Positions 25,631 through 33,032 of a DNA stretch of 38,542 nucleotides are shown here, one piece after another. The notes under the pieces were generated by a model. The model worked only from the letters and a program-made list of their open reading frames with translations. It was not told the DNA's origin and made no database searches. The stretch is from Candidatus Limnocylindria bacterium (GTDB taxonomy: Bacteria; Chloroflexota; Limnocylindria; P2-11E). The translations under genes and the position numbers were made by a program. The stretch covers positions 1 through 38,542 of the forward strand of contig DATBKH010000149.1 of NCBI GenBank assembly GCA_036555955.1. Direction: 5' to 3'. The number at the start of each line of letters is the position of its first letter. The stretch's first letter is position 1.

Positions 25631-26203
25631 ATGACAACACAGCGCCCGATGACACCCCGCCAGCACGTGATCCTGCGGTCGGTCGCGCGTGGTGCGACCA
25701 ATAAGGAGATCGCGCGGGAGCTTGGCATCTCGGAACAGGGCGTGAAGATGCACATCTCGCGTCTTCTGGAGCGGTACGGCGCTGACAACCGGATCGAGCT
25801 CGTGAATCTGACGCGCGCTTGGGCCGAGGCCGAGGAGCGGCAGCTCGCCGGGCTCTCAGCCGACGTGGCGGAACTGCGCAAGGACCTCGAAGCGGCTTCG
25901 CAGATGCGCGCGGTCGGCGACCTGCGCGAGGCGACCACTGGCTCACGGACGTGGAAACCCGGCAAGCGCAGCCCCGCGCCGACGCGGGAGGCCGACCTCG
26001 AGCTCGGGACCCTTCGCGAGCTCCTGACCGAGATCGACGTGGCGACGAAGCTCGCCCGCGAGCTCCCCGCTGACGCGACGGCCGGCCCGCTCATCGACGC
26101 CGTCCGCGCGCGCGTCGCGCGGGCGCTCGAGCAGAGCGCGAAGCTGGAGCTGCTGCTCAGGTCCGCGAAGAACGGACGGCAGCGAGGCGGCAAGGCGAGC
26201 TAG
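25631..26203 (+). CDS. LuxR/GerE-type HTH regulator with an N-terminal HTH and a C-terminal coiled-coil-like domain
   Basis: ATG 25631. MTPRQHVILRSVARGATNKEIARELGISEQGVKMHISRLLERYG is a GerE-type HTH. The remaining ~125 aa are helical and charged (AEAEERQLAGLSADVAELRKDLEAAS...). Confidence 0.8.
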   Translation: MTTQRPMTPRQHVILRSVARGATNKEIARELGISEQGVKMHISRLLERYGADNRIELVNLTRAWAEAEERQLAGLSADVAELRKDLEAASQMRAVGDLREATTGSRTWKPGKRSPAPTREADLELGTLRELLTEIDVATKLARELPADATAGPLIDAVRARVARALEQSAKLELLLRSAKNGRQRGGKAS

Positions 26204-26233
26204 CAGGCGTCGTCGGCGATACTTCCCTCCGAC

Positions 26234-27382
26234 GTGACGCCGCCCCCGCGCAAGCCCGGATTCGAGACGCTCGCCATTCACGCCGGACAGGATCCCGAGG
26301 TCGCGACCGGTGCCGTCGTCGTCCCGATCTTCCAGACCTCGACCTTCGCGCAGGAAGCCGTCGGTCGAACGAAAGGCTACGAGTACGCGCGGACCGGGAA
26401 CCCGACGAGGACCGCGCTCGAGACGTGCCTCGCCGCGCTCGAAGGTGGCCGCTGGGGGCTCGCGTTCGGTTCGGGGATGGCCGCGACCGATGCGCTGGCG
26501 CATCTCCTCTCGAAAGACGATCACGTCGTCATGGGCGACGACGTCTACGGGGGCACGTACCGACTCTTCGCGCGCGTCTTCGATCGGCTCGGCATCGCGC
26601 TCACAGCAGTCGACATGCGCCGCCTCGACAGCGTTCGTCGCGCGATGAGATCGAAGACCAGGCTGGTGTGGATCGAAACACCGTCGAATCCGCTGATGAA
26701 GGTGCTCGACATCGCCGCCCTCGCGGAGATCGCCCGCGAGCGCCGGGCGCTGGCGGTCGTCGACAACACGTTCGCGAGCCCGTACCTCCAGCAGCCGCTC
26801 AGGCTCGGCGCCGACGTCGTGCTCCACTCGACCACCAAATACCTCGGCGGCCACTCCGACGTCGTCGGCGGCGCGCTCGCGGGCAACGACGGCGAGCTCC
26901 GGGACCGGATCGCGTTCTTGCAGAACGCGGTCGGTGGGGTCCCCGGGCCGCTCGACGCGTGGCTTGTCCTGCGCGGCGCGAAGACGCTCGCCGTACGGAT
27001 GGAGCGTCACTCCGCGAACGCGCAGGCCGTCGCCGAGTGGCTCTCGGAGCACCCCAAGGTCACGGCGGTGAATTACCCAGGTCTGGCCGGCCACCCGCAG
27101 CACGCGCTCGCGCGAAAGCAAATGCGCGCGTTCGGCGGAATGCTGTCCTTCGAGCTGCGAGGTGGGGAGGCCGCCGCCAAACGCATGGCGGCGCGCACGC
27201 GCATCTTCGCGCTCGCCGAGTCGCTGGGCGGCGTGGAGTCGCTCATCGAGATCCCGCTCGCGATGACGCACGGCTCGGTCCGCGGTACGAAGCTCGCGCC
27301 TCCCGCCGGCCTGGTGCGGTTGTCCGTCGGCATCGAGACGGTCGAAGACCTCATCGCGGATCTCGCCCAAGCGATCGGCTGA
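26234..27382 (+). CDS. metB: Cystathionine gamma-synthase/gamma-lyase (Cys/Met PLP family), paralogue 2
   Basis: 382 aa. FETLAIHAGQ, YARTGNPTR, STTKYLGGHSDVVGG (PLP Lys), LVRLSVGIE. Confidence 0.9.
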   Translation: MTPPPRKPGFETLAIHAGQDPEVATGAVVVPIFQTSTFAQEAVGRTKGYEYARTGNPTRTALETCLAALEGGRWGLAFGSGMAATDALAHLLSKDDHVVMGDDVYGGTYRLFARVFDRLGIALTAVDMRRLDSVRRAMRSKTRLVWIETPSNPLMKVLDIAALAEIARERRALAVVDNTFASPYLQQPLRLGADVVLHSTTKYLGGHSDVVGGALAGNDGELRDRIAFLQNAVGGVPGPLDAWLVLRGAKTLAVRMERHSANAQAVAEWLSEHPKVTAVNYPGLAGHPQHALARKQMRAFGGMLSFELRGGEAAAKRMAARTRIFALAESLGGVESLIEIPLAMTHGSVRGTKLAPPAGLVRLSVGIETVEDLIADLAQAIG

Positions 27383-27897
27383 TGCCACTCCCGCTCCGAA
27401 CAGAGCGGCTCCTCGTCCGTCCGTTCAGGGAGACCGACGCGAACGAGCTGCACGACGCTCTCGGCTCGCCCGAGGTGATGAAGTGGACGCCGAGCCCGCC
27501 CTCGAAGGACGTCGCCGAGACGGCGCAGCGGCTCGCGCGAACGATCGCGTTCACCGCCCGCCAGCCCCCGGGGCTCGGTCTGTGGGCGCTCGAGCTGCGC
27601 GAGTCCGGGGTGCTCCTCGGCCAGGTGGGGCTGTTCCCGGTCGAAGGCAAGGGGCCCGAGGTCGAGGTCGCGTACGAGCTGGCCCCGCGGGCGTGGGGAC
27701 ACGGCTACGCGACCGAAGCGGCGCGTGCGCTCATCGCGTACGGCTTCGGCGAGCTCGGCCTCACGCGCATCGTCGCGCTGATCCTTTCCGACAACGAGCG
27801 ATCTCGGAACGTCGCGACGAAGTGCGCCATGACGCTCGAGGGCCCCGGTCGCTTCTACGGCCTCGACCTCCTCGTGTTCGCGCGCGCGGCGTCGTGA
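27382..27897 (+). CDS. GNAT family N-acetyltransferase (RimJ/RimL-like)
   Basis: ATG 27382 shares one nt with the metB stop (TGATG). TERLLVRPFRETDANELH, and WGHGYATEAARALIAYGF (acetyl-CoA loop). Confidence 0.85.
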   Translation: MPLPLRTERLLVRPFRETDANELHDALGSPEVMKWTPSPPSKDVAETAQRLARTIAFTARQPPGLGLWALELRESGVLLGQVGLFPVEGKGPEVEVAYELAPRAWGHGYATEAARALIAYGFGELGLTRIVALILSDNERSRNVATKCAMTLEGPGRFYGLDLLVFARAAS

Positions 27898-28583
27898 ACA
27901 TCGCGGTCGCGTTCGGCGCCGGGATCCTCTCGTTCCTCTCGCCGTGCGTCCTTCCGCTCGTGCCGGCGTTCCTCGTCGACATGGCCGGCGAAGCGGCGCT
28001 GGCGGGGACTCAGCGCGCGCGGACGGTCGCGCACGCGCTCGCGTTCGTGCTCGGCTTTACCGCCGTCTTCACGCTCCTCTGGATCGCGGTCGCGCTGGTC
28101 GGCGCGCTCGCCGGCCAGATGGTCGTCTGGCTGCAGCGCATCGGCGGGATCCTTCTCGTCGTGTTGGGCATGCAGATGCTCGGGCTCATCCGCGTCCCAT
28201 TGCTCGCGACGGAGCTCGACCTGCGGCTCGAGCGAGGCACCAGCGGACTGCCGCGGAGCTTTCTCATCGGTGTCGCCTTTGGAGTCGGATTCACGCCATG
28301 CGTCGGTCCCTATCTCGGCGCGATCCTCACCCTGCTCCTGAACGAGAGCATCGCCGGAGGCGCGCTGCTGCTCGTCGCGTACGCGCTCGGCCTGGGCGTG
28401 CCTTTCCTGCTCATCGCGAGCGGGATCGCCGGAGCGCGCCGCCTCGCCGGATGGCTCTCTCGTCACGCTCGTGTGGTGAGCCTCGCGGGCGGTACCCTCG
28501 TCATCGTGATGGGCCTCGTCATAGCGTCGGGACAGTTCGCGCGACTGCCTCAGCTCTTCAACTTCCTTCCGCTCCTCGGGTGA
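27894..28583 (+). CDS. ccdA: Cytochrome c biogenesis / thiol-disulfide transporter CcdA (DsbD_2 family)
   Basis: GTG 27894 overlaps the GNAT stop (GTGA). LSFLSPCVLPLVP and GFTPCVGPYLG are the two conserved Cys motifs. Six TM helices. Confidence 0.88.
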   Translation: MNIAVAFGAGILSFLSPCVLPLVPAFLVDMAGEAALAGTQRARTVAHALAFVLGFTAVFTLLWIAVALVGALAGQMVVWLQRIGGILLVVLGMQMLGLIRVPLLATELDLRLERGTSGLPRSFLIGVAFGVGFTPCVGPYLGAILTLLLNESIAGGALLLVAYALGLGVPFLLIASGIAGARRLAGWLSRHARVVSLAGGTLVIVMGLVIASGQFARLPQLFNFLPLLG

Positions 28584-29182
28584 GCGCGGCCGTGGTGGAC
28601 GGTCCCGAGCGCGAGCCGACCGCGTTGCCGCGGTGGATCGCCGGCATCCTCATCGGCGCCATCGCGCTCGCATCGCTCGCGGCGCTGCTCTGGCCGATGC
28701 TCACGAAGCCCGCCACGGCGGCCGACACCGGAGTGATCCGCGCGCAGGTCGACGACACCGGCGCGGCCGGCCGAATCGGCGCTAACGCCCCGGACTTCGA
28801 ATGGCTCGCGACCGACGGGTCCGCGCGCCGCCTCTCGAGCTATCGCGGCACGGTCGTCGTCGTGAACTTCTGGGCCACGTGGTGCGCGCCGTGCCGGCAG
28901 GAGATGCCGGCGCTTCAGAAGGTGGCGGCCAGCGAACCTGGCGTGGTGGTGCTCGAGGTCGACCTGATGGAGTCCGGCGACAAGGCGCGGTCGTTCCTCG
29001 ACTCGCTCGGCCTCGACCGTCTCCAGCCGGTCCTCGACACCGATGGCGAGACGACGCGTCGTTTCGGCGTGCTCAGCCTGCCGAGCACGTTCTTCGTGGA
29101 CGCGACCGGCGTGATCCGCCATCTCGAGTTCAGCGCCATGACCGAGGACGAGATCCGGAGGGGCATCGAGAAGGCGCGCTGA
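28580..29182 (+). CDS. TlpA/ResA-like membrane-anchored thioredoxin-fold thiol-disulfide oxidoreductase
   Basis: GTG 28580 overlaps the ccdA stop (GTGA). TM anchor (WIAGILIGAIALASLAALLW). APDFEW...G..VVVNFWATWCAPCRQEMP contains the CxxC motif. Confidence 0.85.
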   Translation: MSAAVVDGPEREPTALPRWIAGILIGAIALASLAALLWPMLTKPATAADTGVIRAQVDDTGAAGRIGANAPDFEWLATDGSARRLSSYRGTVVVVNFWATWCAPCRQEMPALQKVAASEPGVVVLEVDLMESGDKARSFLDSLGLDRLQPVLDTDGETTRRFGVLSLPSTFFVDATGVIRHLEFSAMTEDEIRRGIEKAR

Positions 29183-29255
29183 CTGTCGTGAGAGGCACAG
29201 ACCTTCTACCTCACGGGTGATCGTTCTCCCCACCTCGGGAGCGCAGCCTCGTCCG

Positions 29256-29459
29256 ATGACCTGGGAGGAGGACACGCTCGTGGACCGCATTCGCCAGCTC
29301 TTGCGCTCGCGTCCCAGCACACAGCCTGACAACGACCCACTGCGCCGACGCAGCAACCGCATGCGGTATTTCCTCACCGTCTTCGGGAGCACGCACTGGG
29401 CCGAGCGCGTCGATCGCCGCCGCGTCGCGCTGACCCGCAGGGGCGACGCCGCCGTCTAG
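29256..29459 (+). CDS. Hypothetical 67-aa protein (weak call)
   Basis: ATG within track ORF 29217..29459. GC3 is roughly 85% by eye. No convincing SD and no recognisable motif. Confidence 0.3.
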   Translation: MTWEEDTLVDRIRQLLRSRPSTQPDNDPLRRRSNRMRYFLTVFGSTHWAERVDRRRVALTRRGDAAV

Positions 29460-29509
29460 CGCGCGGCTCCTAGAATCGCCCCCGGCCACAAAACCGTGGG
29501 GAGGTCGAC

Positions 29510-29905
29510 ATGGCGGTAGAGCTCACGATCAAGCTGCCCAACCGCTCGGGCCAGCTCGGAGCGCTCGCGGGCGTCCTCGGCGAGGCCGGGGTGAACATGA
29601 AGAGCATCGCGGCGACCACCGGCGGCGGCGCCGGCACGGTCCACATCGTCGTCGACGACAAAGACGCGGCGAAGGCGCGCCGTGCGATCAAGGCGAACAA
29701 GTACCGCATCAGCGGTGATCGCAAGGTCGTCGAGGTACGGCTCGGCGATCGTCCGGGAACTCTGGCGCGCGCGGCGAAGCGTCTCGGCAAGGCGAAGGTG
29801 AACATCGAGTCGGCGTACATGCTCGGCCAGGGCAAGAAGAGCACGACGCTGGCACTCGGCGTGAAGGATCAGCGCGCCGCGAACAAGGCGCTCGGCCGCC
29901 GCTAG
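29510..29905 (+). CDS. Tandem ACT-domain protein
   Basis: GGGGAGG lies upstream. Two ACT-like halves (ELTIKLPNRSGQLGALAGVLGEAGVNM... and VVEVRLGDRPGTLARAAKRLGKAKVNI...). Confidence 0.75.
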   Translation: MAVELTIKLPNRSGQLGALAGVLGEAGVNMKSIAATTGGGAGTVHIVVDDKDAAKARRAIKANKYRISGDRKVVEVRLGDRPGTLARAAKRLGKAKVNIESAYMLGQGKKSTTLALGVKDQRAANKALGRR

Positions 29906-29911
29906 CCCTTT

Positions 29912-29927
29912 CGGTACTTCGGTACCG
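29912..29927 (+). terminator. CGGTAC-UUCG-GUACCG hairpin just after the ACT gene stop (terminator candidate; no U-tract)
   Basis: A 6-bp perfect stem with a UUCG tetraloop, 7 nt after the TAG at 29903-29905. Confidence 0.4.
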
Positions 29928-29965
29928 GAGGGCGTGACCATCGCGCACCTCTAGAGCCGAAGCGA

Positions 29966-29988
29966 ACCTCCCGCGATCGACGGGAGGT
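29966..29988 (+). promoter_or_regulatory. 8-bp hairpin whose 3' arm is the flp Shine-Dalgarno sequence
   Basis: ACCTCCCG (29966-29973) pairs with CGGGAGGT (29981-29988), with a 7-nt loop. GGGAGG (29982-29987) is the SD, 7 nt before ATG 29995. Confidence 0.4.
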
Positions 29989-29994
29989 CAAATC

Positions 29995-30159
29995 ATGCTT
30001 CGACGCTTCTCGCGCGAGAGCGGCGGTCTCGCGACCATCGAATACATCATCGGCGCCGCGGTCATCCTCGGCACGCTGGTCGCCGGCGTGACCGCATGGA
30101 ACAACGGACTCGTGGCAAAGCTCGAGTCCCTCGTCAGCCAGATGCAGGCAGTGCGCTGA
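29995..30159 (+). CDS. flp: Flp/Fap family type IVb pilin precursor (54 aa; absent from the ORF track)
   Basis: MLRRFSRESGG|LATIEYIIGAAVILGTLVAGV... has the Flp processing motif (G/xxxxEY) followed by a hydrophobic helix. It has an SD and lies immediately upstream of the tadE-like genes. Confidence 0.8.
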   Translation: MLRRFSRESGGLATIEYIIGAAVILGTLVAGVTAWNNGLVAKLESLVSQMQAVR

Positions 30160-30185
30160 CGATTGCGGTGCGCGAGGAGCGCGGC

Positions 30186-30551
30186 ATGGCGACTCTCGAA
30201 GCGACGTTCGCCATCGTCATGCTCGTCCCGCTTCTTTTCTCGATCCTCGAGTTCGGTGCGGCGCTCCAGCGCTGGCTCGCGCAGGATGCCGCGACGGTGC
30301 AGGCGGCACGACACGCCGGCGAGATCGGCGGTGACGGCGCCGAGGTCCGCGCACGACTCGCCGATCGCTTGCGGTCCGCGGGCATCGATCCCGAAAGGGC
30401 GACCGTCGAGATCCGACCAGGTCGCGTCGGCTGGCGGGAGCCGGTCGTGGTGTCGGTGAGCTCCTCGTTCCCGATCGAGATCCCGTTCCTGTTCTCCACG
30501 ACCGTGCCGCTCCGCTCGAGCGCGGTCTCGCGAGGCGAGGTGAACCGGTGA
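30186..30551 (+). CDS. TadE-like pilus assembly protein (pseudopilin)
   Basis: GAGGAG sits 6 nt before ATG 30186. MATLEATFAIVMLVPLLFSILEFG is the TadE N-terminal motif. Confidence 0.8.
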   Translation: MATLEATFAIVMLVPLLFSILEFGAALQRWLAQDAATVQAARHAGEIGGDGAEVRARLADRLRSAGIDPERATVEIRPGRVGWREPVVVSVSSSFPIEIPFLFSTTVPLRSSAVSRGEVNR

Positions 30552-31033
30552 GCTGGCGCCGCGAGGACCGCGGGAGCGCGCTCGTGATGACGATCGTCAT
30601 GGCGCCGCTTCTCGTGGTCGCGCTCGCGGGGGTCCTGCAGCTCGGCGCGCTCAGAGTGCTCGCCGCTCGGCTGCAGGCGGCGGCCGACCTCGCCGCGCTC
30701 GTGGCCGTGAACGACCAGGACGACGAGGAGCTCGCACGCTCCGGCGTTCTTCAGCTGACCGCGACAGCCGCGGACGTCGCGCGGGAGTACTTCGGACGCG
30801 AGCTCGCGCTTTCGGCCCCATTCCTCGGCGACGATCCGGCGCGCATCGCCGCGAGCGCAGACATCTCCGCGTTCGCGATGGCGCCGGCATTCGATCCGCG
30901 GACCGGTGCGAGATACGACCGGCCGGCGGTCCGCATCTCCGCAGCGGTCCCGGTCCGCACGCCGGCGTTTGGTGCGCTCCTCCTGTCGCCGGTCACGCCG
31001 ATCCCGGTCATCGCGGTGGCCACCGCGCGATGA
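30548..31033 (+). CDS. TadG/Tad_N-like pilus assembly protein
   Basis: GTG 30548 in a GTGA overlap. RGSALVMTIVMAPLLVVALAGVLQLG...RLQAAADLAALVA matches the TadE/G-like N-terminal pattern. Confidence 0.72.
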   Translation: MSWRREDRGSALVMTIVMAPLLVVALAGVLQLGALRVLAARLQAAADLAALVAVNDQDDEELARSGVLQLTATAADVAREYFGRELALSAPFLGDDPARIAASADISAFAMAPAFDPRTGARYDRPAVRISAAVPVRTPAFGALLLSPVTPIPVIAVATAR

Positions 31034-31827
31034 GGCACGGTCTCGTTCTCGCTCTGGCGCTGGTGGCGCTTCCGGCGTCGACTGCGCTCGGCCGTGAGCC
31101 GTCCGACGGCGGCCCGGGGCTACCGCCGCCTGCGGCGCAGCCCGATCCCGCTCCGTACGTCGCTCCGCCGCCGGACATCTACTACGTCACCGACACGTAC
31201 GTCGCGGACACGGTGACGTCGGCGGGGATCGTCACGAGGTACGCGACGGTGACGGTGCACCTGGCAACCGGCAGCTACGCGCGCGTGCTCGACGTCGTGG
31301 CGAGCGGAGAGCCCAGTGCGTACGACGGCAGCAGCTTCAATCGGAGGCTCACGCTGACGGACGGTCGGCCCGTCGCCGGCACGTACTACCAGAACTACGT
31401 GTTGGCGGACGGGGTTTTCGTTCCCGTCAGCATCGTGTTCTTTCAAGACGATGCCGAGCTCGGCGACCGGAAGGGTGCCGATACGGCCCTACCGAACCTC
31501 GGCGCGGTCCGCGCGGAAATCACTCTCGCGCCGGACGGCCCGGCTCTCGCGAGCGTCGAGGTGCTCCGTGGACGCCCGGTCACGCTGTGGCTGCGTACCG
31601 TCAGCGATGACCTCCCGCTGCCGGTCACCTGGTGGCGTCTTGTGTCCGGGGACCCGGGAACCGCTGTCGTCCTGAGCGGTGCGGACGGGACCCCGTTCCG
31701 GTCCGCGTGGGACCGGCTCCCGCCGCCGGGTGAGTCGAACGTTCTCGTTTTCGAGATCCTTGCCGGTGACGCGATGGTGCGTGCCGCGATCGCCGTGAGC
31801 GTTCGATCGCCGGCGCTCGAGCTGTGA
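31030..31827 (+). CDS. Secreted hypothetical protein inside the Tad operon
   Basis: ATG 31030 in an ATGA overlap. Signal peptide MRHGLVLALALVALPASTALG, a Pro-rich stretch, then beta-rich sequence. No recognised motif. Confidence 0.65.
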   Translation: MRHGLVLALALVALPASTALGREPSDGGPGLPPPAAQPDPAPYVAPPPDIYYVTDTYVADTVTSAGIVTRYATVTVHLATGSYARVLDVVASGEPSAYDGSSFNRRLTLTDGRPVAGTYYQNYVLADGVFVPVSIVFFQDDAELGDRKGADTALPNLGAVRAEITLAPDGPALASVEVLRGRPVTLWLRTVSDDLPLPVTWWRLVSGDPGTAVVLSGADGTPFRSAWDRLPPPGESNVLVFEILAGDAMVRAAIAVSVRSPALEL

Positions 31828-32474
31828 TCGCACGGCGCGTCCTCTTCGCGGTGGCCCTCGTCGCCGGAGCGCTCGCCGCTGTCCTTTATTACAGCGGGGC
31901 TCAGCGCACGCCGGTGGTGGTGGCGGCCCGGGATCTCGACGCGACAGCGGCGCTCGGCCCCGACGACCTCGCGATCGTCTCGCTCTCGGCCGACGCGGTC
32001 CCTCTCGGAACGGTCAGCGAGATCGCCGAGGCGATCGGGAAGGTGCCGCGCGCACCGCTCTGGCGCGGACAGGTCCTGCTTCGTCCGGCACTGAGCGACT
32101 CGCCCGCCGCCTTCCACTCCGGCCTCGTCCTCCCGACGGGAACGCACGCGGTCGCGTTGCCGGTGACGGCGGGCCAGGCCGTCGGCGGCGCGGTCGGGCC
32201 GGGCGCACGCATCGACGTCATCGCCGTCCCCGTTGCCGGACGGGCGCCCGCCGGACGGGTCGTCGAGCTCTTGGTCGCGAACGCGATGGTCCTCGACGTC
32301 CGCGGCGAATCCGGCGCGGCGTACAGCGCGAGCGTGCCGAAGAGCGGGCTGTCGGCCGCGGCCGTGGACCGCATCGGCAGCGTCGTCATCGCCCTCGACC
32401 CGCTCGAGGAGGTCCGCGTCGCGGATCGGATCGCGACCAGCACGTTCGTCATCACGCTGATCGCCCCGCGCTGA
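31824..32474 (+). CDS. cpaB: Flp pilus assembly protein CpaB/RcpC
   Basis: GTG 31824 in a GTGA overlap. N-terminal TM helix, then a SAF-like segment (VVVAARDLDATAALGPDDLAIVSL...) and an RcpC-like C-terminal domain. Confidence 0.8.
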   Translation: MIARRVLFAVALVAGALAAVLYYSGAQRTPVVVAARDLDATAALGPDDLAIVSLSADAVPLGTVSEIAEAIGKVPRAPLWRGQVLLRPALSDSPAAFHSGLVLPTGTHAVALPVTAGQAVGGAVGPGARIDVIAVPVAGRAPAGRVVELLVANAMVLDVRGESGAAYSASVPKSGLSAAAVDRIGSVVIALDPLEEVRVADRIATSTFVITLIAPR

Positions 32475-33032
32475 GTGGCCGTCTTTCGCTGCGAGCGCAT
32501 TGCCGCGGGCGCGTTCGACGCGGCGATCGCGAGCCTCGGCACGGCGATACTCGCGCGCACGCCGGCGGGGATGTTCATCGAGGTCGATGATCCAGTCGCC
32601 ACCCGCGTACCCGAGGTGCTCGCCTTCGCCGGCGTGCGCGCGACGCCATCGGTGGAGACGCTCGCTCCGCGGCCCGGCACGCGAGCGGCGATCGGCCGCG
32701 ATCTCACCGCGCTACCGCTCGTGACACTGGTGCTCGACCTCGTCCATGTGCGCGCGCTCTCTCTGGGCGCCGAGCTCTCGCGCGTCATGCGCGGCGGACG
32801 GTCGCGGAGAACGCGCTTCGTCTCCCGTGGACTCGCGCGCGAGCTCATGCGCGGGTCGGACCTCCCGATCGGGTGGCGGCGACGCGCCTGGACGACACGC
32901 GAGGTTCTGCGCACCGCCGAAGCGCGGCATGCGCTGCGTCCGGTGGTCTTCGACATCGGCGCCATCTCCGCCCCGCCCGAGCGGCGAGCGTTGGCGCGAG
33001 AAGGGGCGCTCGCGAGGTGGTTCTTCGCATGA
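32475..33032 (+). CDS. Hypothetical 185-aa cytoplasmic protein inside the Tad operon
   Basis: GTG directly abuts the cpaB stop (TGAGTG). GC3 is high. No TM helix or signal peptide. The C-terminal half is Arg-rich. No recognised motif. Confidence 0.55.
   Translation: MAVFRCERIAAGAFDAAIASLGTAILARTPAGMFIEVDDPVATRVPEVLAFAGVRATPSVETLAPRPGTRAAIGRDLTALPLVTLVLDLVHVRALSLGAELSRVMRGGRSRRTRFVSRGLARELMRGSDLPIGWRRRAWTTREVLRTAEARHALRPVVFDIGAISAPPERRALAREGALARWFFA

Noticed and set aside
29211-29489. Minus-strand 92-aa ORF overlapping the weak + strand 67-aa call.
   Set aside because: The translation (MAGGDSRSRALDGGVAPAGQRDAAA...) has off-frame character and poorer third-position GC than the + frame. Neither ORF is strongly supported, so only the + ORF is listed, at low confidence.
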